59,852 bases of DNA from a virus (taxonomy: Duplodnaviria > Caudoviricetes). The notes beneath the pieces were generated by a model. It ran no database searches. It worked only from the letters and a program-made list of their open reading frames with translations, and was not told where the DNA came from. Location: the IMG/VR virus record IMGVR_UViG_3300008107_000220, positions 1 through 59,852 of that record, one strand, 5' to 3'. Positions 8,501 through 17,234 of the stretch are shown here, piece after piece. Numbering within the stretch: the first letter of the stretch is position 1; each line of letters begins with the position of its first letter. Both the position numbers and the translations under genes were made by a program.

Positions 8501-10844
8501 TTGGATCGTCCTTTCTCTTGACAAAAGATACATTGGTTCTTGAAGTCAGATTTGCGACACCTTGAGAGGCAATCGCACTATAGATTTGATTGCTTGATTG
8601 TGTTTTTACGAACCAATTTGATCGTAAAGTATCCCATTGAACTGGAGATCCAATGTCTCCTGCTGCTTTGTCTGATACTCTACTGACGATTGTGAGTTTT
8701 GCTCCACCATAAACAGTAACTGCTGATCCATTTTCTGCGTTTGTTTGTGATGAAGCAAGTTTAATTTCAGTGGATGATTGGCGAATCGCATAGTAAAGAG
8801 TATTATCAAGAATGTTTTCTGGCAGATCGCCATCATCACTGAAGATTCTGACTGTTTCACCAGTTTGAATCTGATGAGTTCCAAGAGTAAAGATATTAGA
8901 TGAAGGTCCAGAAAGAACAGGATAGTTCTTTTCCGATACGCTTGTACCCTGAGCAATGGTTGTTCCTGATCCAAGAACATTGTCAAGCATACAGATTGAT
9001 GCTTCACTGGTTCCAGAACCGATGTTTACATACAGTTTATCGTTCTGTCTAGCACCAATACGATAACCTTGAATGATGATTGGTGGAGCATCGTCTTGGT
9101 CATTATAACCAAACAGATACAGGTGACTTGAAATGCCGACAGAGGTTGTTAGTCCAACATCAAGCGAGATCCAGTCAATGTTGACTTCTTCCTCTACATT
9201 TGCTCTTGGAGTAATAATAGAAGTCACATAGGCATTATTGTCTTTCGCAAATGCTTCTTTTTTGAATCCATCTGCTGATAGCGAGATCTGACCAAAGTTG
9301 GAGTTGGAGTTGGTAATAGATCCGTCACCACCAGATTCAGAATCAAAGTGCTTGTTAAATCCAATCGCAAATACAGAAACGATCTGAACGAACGAATCAT
9401 TTGTCATTTTGACGTGACTGGTTTCCCAACCGTGTCTGTAAATCGCATCGGCATCTAGGTGATAGACTGTTGCTGGATCAAGAGATGATGCTGCCGCAGA
9501 AAGAGCAGCACCTTTTGCCAGACTAACAGTTATACCTTCATAAAGTCTAGAGGTCTTGTTATATTTTACAAATGAACGGTCGTCTTTTTGTAGAGAAACG
9601 GCGGTGAACTGTGCCACGACCATTGAACGGAAACCAGATGCCTTGCTACCATCAGCAAGCATTCCATTCATACCCCATACGGATCTCAGAGATACGTTGA
9701 AAATGTATGGAGAAGCACCAGAAACCGTATCAGTTTCAATGGTTACGGTTCCAGAAGCAACACCAGGAGAAGCAGGGAGATTATCTCTTACAAAAGGAAG
9801 GAGATAAGTGAATTGTGTCGCACTGATAACATTCTGAACTTTTGTTGAGATGTTATAATCTAGTGTGCTGATTCCATTAATCTTAATTGGAGTTCCAGCA
9901 GTAAATCCGTGTGCCGATGTGGTTGTTACGGTGATAACGGTTCCTGGAGTTGATCCATCTCCAGAAATAATCGCAGAAATATTAACTGGATCGGGAGCAA
10001 AAGCACCAACGATTTCCCATTCTGGACGCTGCTTGGCAAATCCAAGAGTATCGGATGGGTACTTTTGATCAATATCTCTACCAGACGCACTATTAAATGC
10101 GTTTGATAGTTTGCTATAATACATATCAAGATCGGTGATCGCATATCCCTGTGGGATATTGACACCATCAGCATACTCAAAGCAAGTCAGTTTATGGTGA
10201 GAGAATGTTGGTTTTGACTGATTATTCGCAGAGAAATCAGCATCATCCGTATAAACTAGACCAGTTTCATCACCATCAAACAGAGAGAACTGCCAGAAGT
10301 AACAAGCACCAGTGATTCTAAAGATCGCTGACTTTTCTACGCTTGTATCAGTTGGGTTTGGAACATACTTTGGACGCAGTTTGGTCTTTCTTAAGTCAAG
10401 ACCAACGATAGATGTACCTCTTGGAACAACAACACCACCATTAATACTGTTAAACTTGTAGAGAATGTTGTCGTTTTGTGTGATATCAAAGTTAGAGGAT
10501 AATGTCAGAGTCAGAGTATCTTGTGCTGCCGTCTCTGCTCCTGATGGTGATACCGCAGTCGCAACACCACCTACATCTTTGATCGCAAAACCAGGTCTGT
10601 TATCAATGACGTGCTCGCCAGGAAACAGAAGAATGGTTGTTTTTTCTGTAATATCGTTATTGCTGCCTCTCAAGTATGAGAATCTTGCCGACTCAATAAG
10701 AGCTCTTTGAATTGTTTTGAAAGGTTGGGTTAGGGAGTTTCCCTGATTTGAAATACTATCAGTTGCGTCAATGTCATTTGGATTAACGTAGAGAATTCTT
10801 CCCTCTGTGTTTTTAACAAAATTCTCTAATTTATTAAGAGGCAT
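5556..10844 (-). CDS. large virion/tail-fibre protein with C-terminal intramolecular chaperone (peptidase S74-type)
   Basis: 1762 aa; N-terminal PFKTIQRA motif; C-terminal SSDERLKDNI...GVIAQEIEKVLPE...AIKEL plus coiled coil. Confidence 0.85.
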   Translation of the reverse strand: MPLNKLENFVKNTEGRILYVNPNDIDATDSISNQGNSLTQPFKTIQRALIESARFSYLRGSNNDITEKTTILLFPGEHVIDNRPGFAIKDVGGVATAVSPSGAETAAQDTLTLTLSSNFDITQNDNILYKFNSINGGVVVPRGTSIVGLDLRKTKLRPKYVPNPTDTSVEKSAIFRITGACYFWQFSLFDGDETGLVYTDDADFSANNQSKPTFSHHKLTCFEYADGVNIPQGYAITDLDMYYSKLSNAFNSASGRDIDQKYPSDTLGFAKQRPEWEIVGAFAPDPVNISAIISGDGSTPGTVITVTTTSAHGFTAGTPIKINGISTLDYNISTKVQNVISATQFTYLLPFVRDNLPASPGVASGTVTIETDTVSGASPYIFNVSLRSVWGMNGMLADGSKASGFRSMVVAQFTAVSLQKDDRSFVKYNKTSRLYEGITVSLAKGAALSAAASSLDPATVYHLDADAIYRHGWETSHVKMTNDSFVQIVSVFAIGFNKHFDSESGGDGSITNSNSNFGQISLSADGFKKEAFAKDNNAYVTSIITPRANVEEEVNIDWISLDVGLTTSVGISSHLYLFGYNDQDDAPPIIIQGYRIGARQNDKLYVNIGSGTSEASICMLDNVLGSGTTIAQGTSVSEKNYPVLSGPSSNIFTLGTHQIQTGETVRIFSDDGDLPENILDNTLYYAIRQSSTEIKLASSQTNAENGSAVTVYGGAKLTIVSRVSDKAAGDIGSPVQWDTLRSNWFVKTQSSNQIYSAIASQGVANLTSRTNVSFVKRKDDPRSLDEKLYKVRVVIPKESINGKNPSDGFIIQESSSTGARTNTDFTLTSISDTDYAYNRNPRFIGTCSVSTNTVTVLAELPHNLNVGEQIIVRNVTSTTNTAGTNDIGYNGTFEVTAVVDDKRFQYSTTDVNGVTHSVGTFTNNVSTRNTSLPRFERNDLKSNYFVYRSEVVSPYIFNTQDGIYHLYVLKADNAISTEFTGLKYSQNVVDLYPQLDKDNIDDNPRSAKTFAKRSPLGDVSTNDLKKSITREATDQFVKDFGVGLKISGVSTSFTSTTAGIATITFEREHGFSGIITYNALTGGSGYTNGTFYNVKLFNDGTSNWDGATAKVTIAGGSIRSAEIIDGGSGYTNNEQLDFDTSLIGAGAGAGLTVTTAGISTNIGDVLQITGIGTTSDGYYRISSVPSTTTVAIAITNGDPRIATNQYAIDLGPSIRVSTSSYDSVSGVSTFNCSSGHALVSGNRFRVLDSSNNNIGDFLVKERVGVNTFSATTNRSLSPLYILRHGLSANEGTSDSSTESLGARGISFYAGETLTLLSNVTNDTTFHVQTTNSGIGTVTRFPLGSYIQIDNEIMRITSSTLTGSSLNEITVIRGVLGTRKQNHSGGSLIKKIKPLAIEFRRPSIIRASGHTFEYLGYGPGNYSTGLPQVQVKTLTEREDFLVQAQERSCGTVVYTGMNSDGDFFIGNTKYSSSSGTQKTFDIPTPTITGQDPSRLSVVFDEVVIKERLIVEGGNSGTVLSQFDGPVTFNKEIKINDDTIINGTLKVNNTVEITNTTQSTSKDSGALIVDGGLGLEKNLNVGGNVSVAGTFGVSQGITITGVTTFNNLVDANGGATIDNIRIGVANDNTIDTSTGQLTLDSNGGQLNINDNTVITGILSVTDDITAFFSSDERLKDNITPIEDPLAKVLSLSGNSFDWNDQSSHTGKDIGVIAQEIEKVLPEIVTTRENGFKAVQYEKITPLLIEAIKELSHKVDDLQQKLNDK

Positions 10845-10879
10845 CGGATTATATTCGCCAAAATATTTCTATCTTTTAT

Positions 10880-11185
10880 TTATCCCAGTAAATCCTCTTC
10901 ATTATATTCATATTCAATGTCATCTGGCATATCTTCAGGGTTCTCTAACTCAACTGGAAAGAAGCAAGGATGAACCTCCTCATCTATCAGATAGAAGGAA
11001 CTTCTGTATAAATCGTCTGGTTCAAATGTGCGATTCTTATCTGCTGCTCTACAAAGATCTAAATCATACAAATGGCCATCAGGCATTTCATCAAACGTAA
11101 AAGGAACGTGATTGATGAAATACATTTTCACAATCATACTGCCATCATTGTACCAGCAATATGCGTGATCTATACGATAAGACAT
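10880..11185 (-). CDS. acidic hypothetical protein
   Basis: 101-aa ORF. Confidence 0.75.
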   Translation of the reverse strand: MSYRIDHAYCWYNDGSMIVKMYFINHVPFTFDEMPDGHLYDLDLCRAADKNRTFEPDDLYRSSFYLIDEEVHPCFFPVELENPEDMPDDIEYEYNEEDLLG

Positions 11186-11208
11186 AGGGGTTTTCCCATA
11201 TATCTTAT

Positions 11209-11670
11209 TTATTTTCTATTCTTTGATCTGTAAGTATCAGTTTGTGCGTGACAGTTGGGGCACAAGATACGAAGATTTTCTAAACGATTATCGTGGTGGT
11301 TGCCGTTTATATGGTCAAGTTCAATGGGTGCTGGTTGTCCGTTCCATTCAGTTATACCACAACATTCACACTTATGTTGTTTGAAACCTTCTGCTAATAA
11401 ACGATTTTTAAGTTTATATGATTGGTGATATGAATTTTCAGTCAAATAGTATTCAATTGGTTTTTTAGTATAATCGTGAGTTTTTCCTTTTAAGTGTGCC
11501 TGACCAGTGAAATGTGAATCATCAAGATTTAGATCTTTTATTCTTTTTTGAGCAACAGTGTAATTTCCACCTGCTTCTTTCAAATTAAGTTTAGATAAAA
11601 CTTGTCTAATACTTGTAGAAGTTTTTACAGCTTCTATAAATTGCTCATCAGTATATTTACGATTAGACAT
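11209..11670 (-). CDS. HNH endonuclease, probably free-standing homing type
   Basis: CECC...ELDHINGNHHDNRLENLRILCPNCH; adjacent to the tRNA cluster. Confidence 0.9.
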   Translation of the reverse strand: MSNRKYTDEQFIEAVKTSTSIRQVLSKLNLKEAGGNYTVAQKRIKDLNLDDSHFTGQAHLKGKTHDYTKKPIEYYLTENSYHQSYKLKNRLLAEGFKQHKCECCGITEWNGQPAPIELDHINGNHHDNRLENLRILCPNCHAQTDTYRSKNRK

Positions 11671-11693
11671 AACTTAAACGGAAAACTCATTAT

Positions 11694-11701
11694 TATTTAT
11701 A
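11694..11701 (-). promoter_or_regulatory. T4-type late promoter TATAAATA
   Basis: Exact match upstream of the HNH gene. Confidence 0.65.
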
Positions 11702-11718
11702 TTGCTATGTCTTTTAAG

Positions 11719-11793
11719 TAGCGGTGGCGAGATTTGAACTCGCACTGTATTGATTTTAAGTCAACTGCCTGCTGCCGATTGGGCTACACCGCC
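11719..11793 (-). tRNA. trnL: tRNA-Leu(UAA), short variable region
   Basis: Acceptor GGCGGTG/CACCGCT; anticodon arm GTTGA-CTTAAAA-TCAAT; T-loop TTCAAAT; no encoded CCA. Confidence 0.9.
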
Positions 11794-11832
11794 AATAAGA
11801 CCATCATAACTCATAGAGTTGTAGTGGTCAAG

Positions 11833-11906
11833 TGCTCGTTGTCAGGATTGAACTGACCTCTGCCGATTTATGAGATCGGTCCCTTCAACCAGATGGGTAA
11901 ACGAGC
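11833..11906 (-). tRNA. tRNA-CAU (elongator Met or Ile2)
   Basis: Acceptor GCTCGTT/AACGAGC; anticodon arm CCGAT-CTCATAA-ATCGG; paired G1-C72, so not an initiator. Confidence 0.9.
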
Positions 11907-11935
11907 ATTCGCTATTCGCAAATAACGAATAGCAA

Positions 11936-12007
11936 TGGGAATACTGGGAGTTGAACCCAGACTAAGCCCTTATAAGGAGCCCGCTCTAACCATTAAGCTA
12001 TACTCCC
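11936..12007 (-). tRNA. trnI: tRNA-Ile(UAU)
   Basis: Acceptor GGGAGTA/TATTCCC; anticodon arm GGCTC-CTTATAA-GGGCT; T arm CTGGG-TTCAACT-CCCAG. Confidence 0.9.
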
Positions 12008-12016
12008 CTACAAATA

Positions 12017-12190
12017 CTACTGTGCCTCGTTGTTTAACTCAGTGTGTATTCGTATGAGTTCGTCATCAACGGGCATCATCACTGCTGCCTGCCCGTCCTC
12101 ATTAACGATTCCTATGTGCTCGCCGTTCTCTACACGACTCATAAGTTCATCAAATCTTTCTTGAAACTCTTCCACAGTGAAAACTTCCAT
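12017..12190 (-). CDS. Phd/YefM antitoxin-like 57-aa protein (not in ORF track)
   Basis: MEVFTVEEFQERFDELMSRVENGEHIGIVNEDGQAAVMMPVDDELIRIHTELNNEAQ follows the Phd N-terminal beta-alpha-alpha-beta-beta pattern. Confidence 0.65.
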   Translation of the reverse strand: MEVFTVEEFQERFDELMSRVENGEHIGIVNEDGQAAVMMPVDDELIRIHTELNNEAQ

Positions 12191-12193
12191 TTT

Positions 12194-12385
12194 TCAAAGA
12201 GGGTTAGCGTAGGCAAGACAATCTTCGCTTACTTGATTCCTGACAACATCCAGGACACTCATAAACTGATCAACAGTCTCACATTCTACGATTCGCTCGT
12301 CACCTTCATTAGAATACAAATAAAACTTACGTGCCAGAGTATCCACGACACAGCGGGACAGAAACTCTTCGGTGTTGGCAGTCAT
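12194..12385 (-). CDS. cyanophage-type hypothetical protein
   Basis: ORF from MTANTEE, downstream of a consensus promoter. Confidence 0.75.
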   Translation of the reverse strand: MTANTEEFLSRCVVDTLARKFYLYSNEGDERIVECETVDQFMSVLDVVRNQVSEDCLAYANPL

Positions 12386-12411
12386 GGGGTGGTTTCGTTG
12401 ATTACCCACAT

Positions 12412-12440
12412 ATTATAGGGCATCTGGGGGCGCCTGTCAA
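12412..12440 (-). promoter_or_regulatory. sigma70-type promoter TTGACA-N17-TATAAT
   Basis: Perfect consensus upstream of two small ORFs and the tRNAs. Confidence 0.85.
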
Positions 12441-12443
12441 GGG

Positions 12444-13304
12444 TCACTGGAAGTCGGGAACGGAATTGATAGAATTCATTAAGGATGTGGTACTGGTTTT
12501 GAGAGCGTCTATTCTCCCATCAGCAGACTTCTCCCCCCATAAAATAATTTCTTCTCCTAACTTTCCATCTTTTACGGTGCTTACATTAGTCAAATATGAG
12601 TCTCTTTGAGATCTTAAAGATGTAAGTTCAGCAGCAATACTACTAATTGAGTTTGCGTATCCTACACAAGTCGCACTAATTCCTCCAGGATGCCCTGTTG
12701 TAAAGACTGTTCTATAAGTTCCTACATTAGATCCATCATTATTTGATGTTATGGACGCATACCCATCACCAACATTAGAAGATGATAATGTAACTGTAGA
12801 GTCTGATGTAAATGGGTTTCTAGCAGTGTAGTCCGTAAGACCACTATAAACTTTATTTTTTGCCTGATCTTGATAAACAGTGCTTCCAAATCCAATCTGA
12901 ACACTATTGACGATGAGGGCAGCAGAACTCGTAGTTGTTAAACCGACAGAGCAACCAAGACCAACCGCAGAAGATACCAAACTTACAATTTGAGACTTCT
13001 TAAAATTGATTTGATTATTCAGATCTAGAATTTTATTGTCAAGAATCGCAGCACTTTCTTTAAAACTGGTGATCTTATTTTCTAAATCTAGTATGTCTGC
13101 TCTTTTTTGATCAAGAGGAAGTTTAACAGGATTTTCTACAATATTATCGTTCTGTGTCCAAGTTCCATCATCATTTTGACTAATCTCTTTGTAAGTCAGA
13201 GTTTCTGTAGGAGTTTCTTGAATTTGATTTGTGTTATAAGTATTCAGAGAATCTAGATCCTCTTGAAGATACTTAAGAACTTCTTTGGGTGCTCCTGTTG
13301 TCAT
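12444..13304 (-). CDS. baseplate-region coiled-coil protein
   Basis: 286 aa; heptad segments; last gene of the hub operon. Confidence 0.6.
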   Translation of the reverse strand: MTTGAPKEVLKYLQEDLDSLNTYNTNQIQETPTETLTYKEISQNDDGTWTQNDNIVENPVKLPLDQKRADILDLENKITSFKESAAILDNKILDLNNQINFKKSQIVSLVSSAVGLGCSVGLTTTSSAALIVNSVQIGFGSTVYQDQAKNKVYSGLTDYTARNPFTSDSTVTLSSSNVGDGYASITSNNDGSNVGTYRTVFTTGHPGGISATCVGYANSISSIAAELTSLRSQRDSYLTNVSTVKDGKLGEEIILWGEKSADGRIDALKTSTTSLMNSINSVPDFQ

Positions 13305-14164
13305 AGTCTATTCATCTGATAGTTAATATAGTCGCTATTGTTGCCTGGATAATCCTCATAACCACCTTGATATTCTGGGATATTTCTTTCAACATCCTTT
13401 CTTTCAGCACATACAAGGTAATAACAATGTGTTGAGGTGTCTAGATGATTTTTAATATATATCCGATTGTCTTCAATTGACTCCACAAACAGTTGCTGAT
13501 ACTCACCGATTGGAGTCAGAGTGACTGTAATTGTCTCTTCATCAACTAATCCTTTCCAATAATCTGGAAGTTCAATGATATTCCCTGATACTTTTCCTCT
13601 ATAGTATACATCCGCAGTTGGTCCTTCTATACAAACGTGCCTTAATCTCCATCCATCTTTCGTAGGGTGGGGAATGTCAAAATCTTTTTTTGCTGATAGA
13701 ACATCGTCTCCGATGCGAAGACTTCCAGAAAAAGCGTCTATATTGATTGTTGGTCCACCCATATAGATGTCTTGTCCACCAATGTTGACATTTTTACCAA
13801 CAATATTAGTGTTTTTTCCAATGAGTGAGCTTTCTTTTGCTTTAAGAGAATTTGAAACAACAGCAGATCTTAATTCAATGCCAAGTGTGACGTTTTCTCC
13901 AGATGTAATATGAGCACCAAGTTGTGTTGTGACTCCATTGTGTAAATTCAATCCTAAAGTATTCATTGTCAATGGTTTATCTGGAGCAGGTCCAGCACCA
14001 ATAACTGTTGTTCCTAAAGTAGGTAAGGATCCTGTACCAAAATATCCAGCATAAATTGATGCAGTTCCTGGAAACAAACTCCGAATAAAATCTGGAATCG
14101 GCAAAGCCGTATCAAAAACTGGATGAATGACTGATAGATTAAACGAATCTGAATTAGCAAACAT
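13301..14164 (-). CDS. baseplate/spike-associated protein
   Basis: beta-repeat middle and C-terminal KDFDIPHP...LRHVCIEGP...VYYRG domain seen in virion proteins. Confidence 0.6.
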   Translation of the reverse strand: MFANSDSFNLSVIHPVFDTALPIPDFIRSLFPGTASIYAGYFGTGSLPTLGTTVIGAGPAPDKPLTMNTLGLNLHNGVTTQLGAHITSGENVTLGIELRSAVVSNSLKAKESSLIGKNTNIVGKNVNIGGQDIYMGGPTINIDAFSGSLRIGDDVLSAKKDFDIPHPTKDGWRLRHVCIEGPTADVYYRGKVSGNIIELPDYWKGLVDEETITVTLTPIGEYQQLFVESIEDNRIYIKNHLDTSTHCYYLVCAERKDVERNIPEYQGGYEDYPGNNSDYINYQMNRL

Positions 14165-14165
14165 T

Positions 14166-14762
14166 TTACTTACAACTCTGTCCTACACCTTTGAGTAAAT
14201 CAGCAAACACTGAGGGAATAAAAGCACTGAGTAATTCAGAAAGTGGAGATCCTCCCTGCTGAATCTCACCAACAATATTAATGAAGTGATCCGTGACTAA
14301 ATTAATCTCTGCCTGCCCTCTGACACAGACTTTTGTACCTGATAGTGTCAGTTGCTCACCACTATCTATGGTGATTCCACCGTTTGCCTTAAGTAAAAAA
14401 GAACCATCATCAGTATCAAAACCACGAGATTCAATATAGATGTTTCTGGCAAGAATCTTTAAATTACCTGATGGGGCACATAGAACTAGATCTCCGTTTT
14501 CACAGTAGACACCGTATCCTACTGCCTCATCTTCTGCCTTGTCTCTTCCCTTTAGAGCATTATGTCCACAAGTAACGATGTTACTACCTTGAATATGTTC
14601 AGTCTTACCCCCATCACTTGTGTATTTGCAGGTTGAATTAGAAGGAACAGCAAGTCTAAACTCTGTTCCATCATCAACTTCTTTTGGACCACCTGGACCA
14701 AAGAAAGCTGAACCATGTGCTCCATCATAAAGTATATACTCTGGTGGTCTTTTCTTTGTCAT
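14166..14762 (-). CDS. gp5-C-like beta-helical spike protein
   Basis: Short beta-repeat pattern; position downstream of the gp5 pieces. Confidence 0.5.
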   Translation of the reverse strand: MTKKRPPEYILYDGAHGSAFFGPGGPKEVDDGTEFRLAVPSNSTCKYTSDGGKTEHIQGSNIVTCGHNALKGRDKAEDEAVGYGVYCENGDLVLCAPSGNLKILARNIYIESRGFDTDDGSFLLKANGGITIDSGEQLTLSGTKVCVRGQAEINLVTDHFINIVGEIQQGGSPLSELLSAFIPSVFADLLKGVGQSCK

Positions 14763-17203
14763 TATTTTAATACACAGTCAATAACTTTAATGAGTCTTGT
14801 GGGATTAAAGTCAGGTTGTTCTTGGAGATATTGATCTCTATTCACAAATCTCATTACAGGACGAACCTTTAATCCTGCTCCAGTATCACTATTTATTGTG
14901 ATCTCTGGAACTTCACCAAATCCGCATCCAGAAGAAAGAACTTCCATCGCAACAATCTGTCCAATTTCTGTAATCTGCACTTTGACTTGTAATCCAGCAA
15001 CATCAGGAGTAATGGAAACACTATCAGTCAGAGAGTATCCAATACCTGTATCAAGAATCTGAATTTCATCCAGACAAGTCACATATTCTCTTGTGACAAC
15101 TTCTTCATTTGGTAGAAGTTGCTCTGTTGGTTGCCCAAATTCTGTGAAACCAGAAGGTGTATTTAAATATCTTGTCCCACCGTTGACCATTATGACTTGA
15201 ACAACTTCACCATCATTATTAATAACTGTATATCCTGATGCTCCATACCCACCACTTCCAGATGGACTGTTATCAGAACAAGTATCTTTAAAGGTCACAA
15301 ATGGTGGAGCAGTGTATCCTCTACCACCATAAGATAAATCTACGCCAACGACTTCACCAACAGAGTTAATAACAGCATTTCCAACTGCTCCTACCCCATT
15401 ACCACCAAAGAATTCAACTTTTGGTGGACCACAACGGAAAGCACCTGGAAAACACTGAACTCCTGGCGGAACATTACCGCTGACAAGATCGCTTCCTTCA
15501 ATTCTTTCATCTCCAAAAATTGAAACTCCTGGCAGAAGTCCACCAATGGCAGAATCAACACCACCTAATATAGTCTCTTCAATTTGACCAGCATCTGGAA
15601 TTGGTAAGAAGTTATTACTAAAATCTTCTATTGCTGATGGTGTGACTCCAGTGCCAGGAATCCAAGACTTAATTTGTGGGCACTTTGGTTTGGCACAAAG
15701 GAATGCTTCAAATCCAAGAATAAAGTCAATTGCTTCAAATACTTTTCCAGCAATTTTAGCAACACCACCGAGCACATCATTAATCGCAGAAACGATTGGT
15801 TGAATTGCCTCATCAATTTTAGCAGATAGATTATTGATCAGAGCATTTGTGAATTGCTCAACAGCACATATAGGAGCATTGATCACATTACCGATCATCG
15901 CATACAAGAAATCAACAACGAGATTTGATAATCCCTTGATAATCTCATTGAACTTACAAATAATAGCGTCAATGATTGCTTTGATAAATGTGTTCTTCAG
16001 TGCCTTTGATAGTTTGTTAAGGATTCTATCAATTGTTTTTTCAATCAATTTACGAAGAAGATTCATAATATAATTACGCATTCTTTGAACAAGTAGTTTC
16101 AAGATTGATGCGATAATCTGACTTGTCCTGGCAACAAGATTGGTGATGTTCTGTATTCTATTTACTGCTCCCTTCACATAAACATTATAATACTTCTTGA
16201 TTGTCTTTAATGTTTCAAAGAAATTCAATAAAGCATTATTGATTCCAGATAGAGTGCTTTTTCCACAAGGATCTGGTAATTCTTGTATTTGCTTTTCAAG
16301 TTCCGCTTCTAATGCTCTCAGTGCTGTATAGTTATATCCATCTCTACACTTCTTTTCTTCGGGAGACCAAGATGTAGTTGTCTCAGATGCTACAGGACAA
16401 TCTTCTCTTGCCCAGTCTTGTCTTTTTCTTATTTCTGCTAATAGTTCTGCCTGATAAGTCTTTATCTTTTTTAGTTTTTCAAGTTCTTCGGGTGTTAGAT
16501 CAAGATTTTCTGCCTCTCTTTGCTGATATTGGTTTTCTAATTGAGTGTATTGATCTTCTAGGAATTTAAATTGATCTTGAAGTTCATTGAACGTAAACTC
16601 TGAGTAATCAACATTATAAGTTATTGTTGGTTCCGTGCTTCCTGGTGAAGTTGATGTACTATCTTCTAAACGTACAGCATTTGGTGGTAAGTTGTTGGTT
16701 GAATATGGAGTTCCATCTGGTGGTGTGACAATATATAAAGGTTGCCCGTTAGGACTTGTACCACTCTCCACATAAGTTGGGTTTTGAGTGTCTGTTGTTT
16801 CTGGTGGATTTGCTACTTCTTCTGCGTTTGCCCTTTCTTGTAAAGCAGTCAAATTTGGTCTATCAAGTTGCCTCACTGTGCCAGTTCTTGTATTTTTAGC
16901 AACTTCTGTAGTTAAAAGAGATCCTGTTCCTGATCTTGGTCCTGTTTTAAGACCAATCAGTTCTGCTGCTTTTTCAGTTAAATCATAATCTCTACCAGAG
17001 ATAAAAGGACCCCTATCTTTTACAGTAAGAACAATTGATTTTCCGTTTTGGGGATTAGTAAATCTTATTTTTGTTCCAAATGGTAGAGTTTTATGTGCTA
17101 CCCATAGACTGTCTTTTGTTAAGACAGTGCCATCCGCTGTTCTATTACCATAAAATCCAGGACCATACCAACTGGCAACACCTCTTGGTCTTACATCTGC
17201 CAT
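14762..17203 (-). CDS. baseplate hub protein with N-terminal RlpA-like (DPBB) lytic transglycosylase domain
   Basis: GVASWYGPGFYGNRTADG...AHKTLPFGT...VKDRGPF...DLTEKAA, then a helical region and G.GY repeats. Confidence 0.8.
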   Translation of the reverse strand: MADVRPRGVASWYGPGFYGNRTADGTVLTKDSLWVAHKTLPFGTKIRFTNPQNGKSIVLTVKDRGPFISGRDYDLTEKAAELIGLKTGPRSGTGSLLTTEVAKNTRTGTVRQLDRPNLTALQERANAEEVANPPETTDTQNPTYVESGTSPNGQPLYIVTPPDGTPYSTNNLPPNAVRLEDSTSTSPGSTEPTITYNVDYSEFTFNELQDQFKFLEDQYTQLENQYQQREAENLDLTPEELEKLKKIKTYQAELLAEIRKRQDWAREDCPVASETTTSWSPEEKKCRDGYNYTALRALEAELEKQIQELPDPCGKSTLSGINNALLNFFETLKTIKKYYNVYVKGAVNRIQNITNLVARTSQIIASILKLLVQRMRNYIMNLLRKLIEKTIDRILNKLSKALKNTFIKAIIDAIICKFNEIIKGLSNLVVDFLYAMIGNVINAPICAVEQFTNALINNLSAKIDEAIQPIVSAINDVLGGVAKIAGKVFEAIDFILGFEAFLCAKPKCPQIKSWIPGTGVTPSAIEDFSNNFLPIPDAGQIEETILGGVDSAIGGLLPGVSIFGDERIEGSDLVSGNVPPGVQCFPGAFRCGPPKVEFFGGNGVGAVGNAVINSVGEVVGVDLSYGGRGYTAPPFVTFKDTCSDNSPSGSGGYGASGYTVINNDGEVVQVIMVNGGTRYLNTPSGFTEFGQPTEQLLPNEEVVTREYVTCLDEIQILDTGIGYSLTDSVSITPDVAGLQVKVQITEIGQIVAMEVLSSGCGFGEVPEITINSDTGAGLKVRPVMRFVNRDQYLQEQPDFNPTRLIKVIDCVLK

Positions 17204-17234
17204 TTATCAATTTACCTCCTTGTTCTGATATTTA

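Noticed and set aside
5815-10710. Plus-strand and off-frame ORFs inside the 1762-aa gene
   Set aside because: Expected shadows of a long biased CDS
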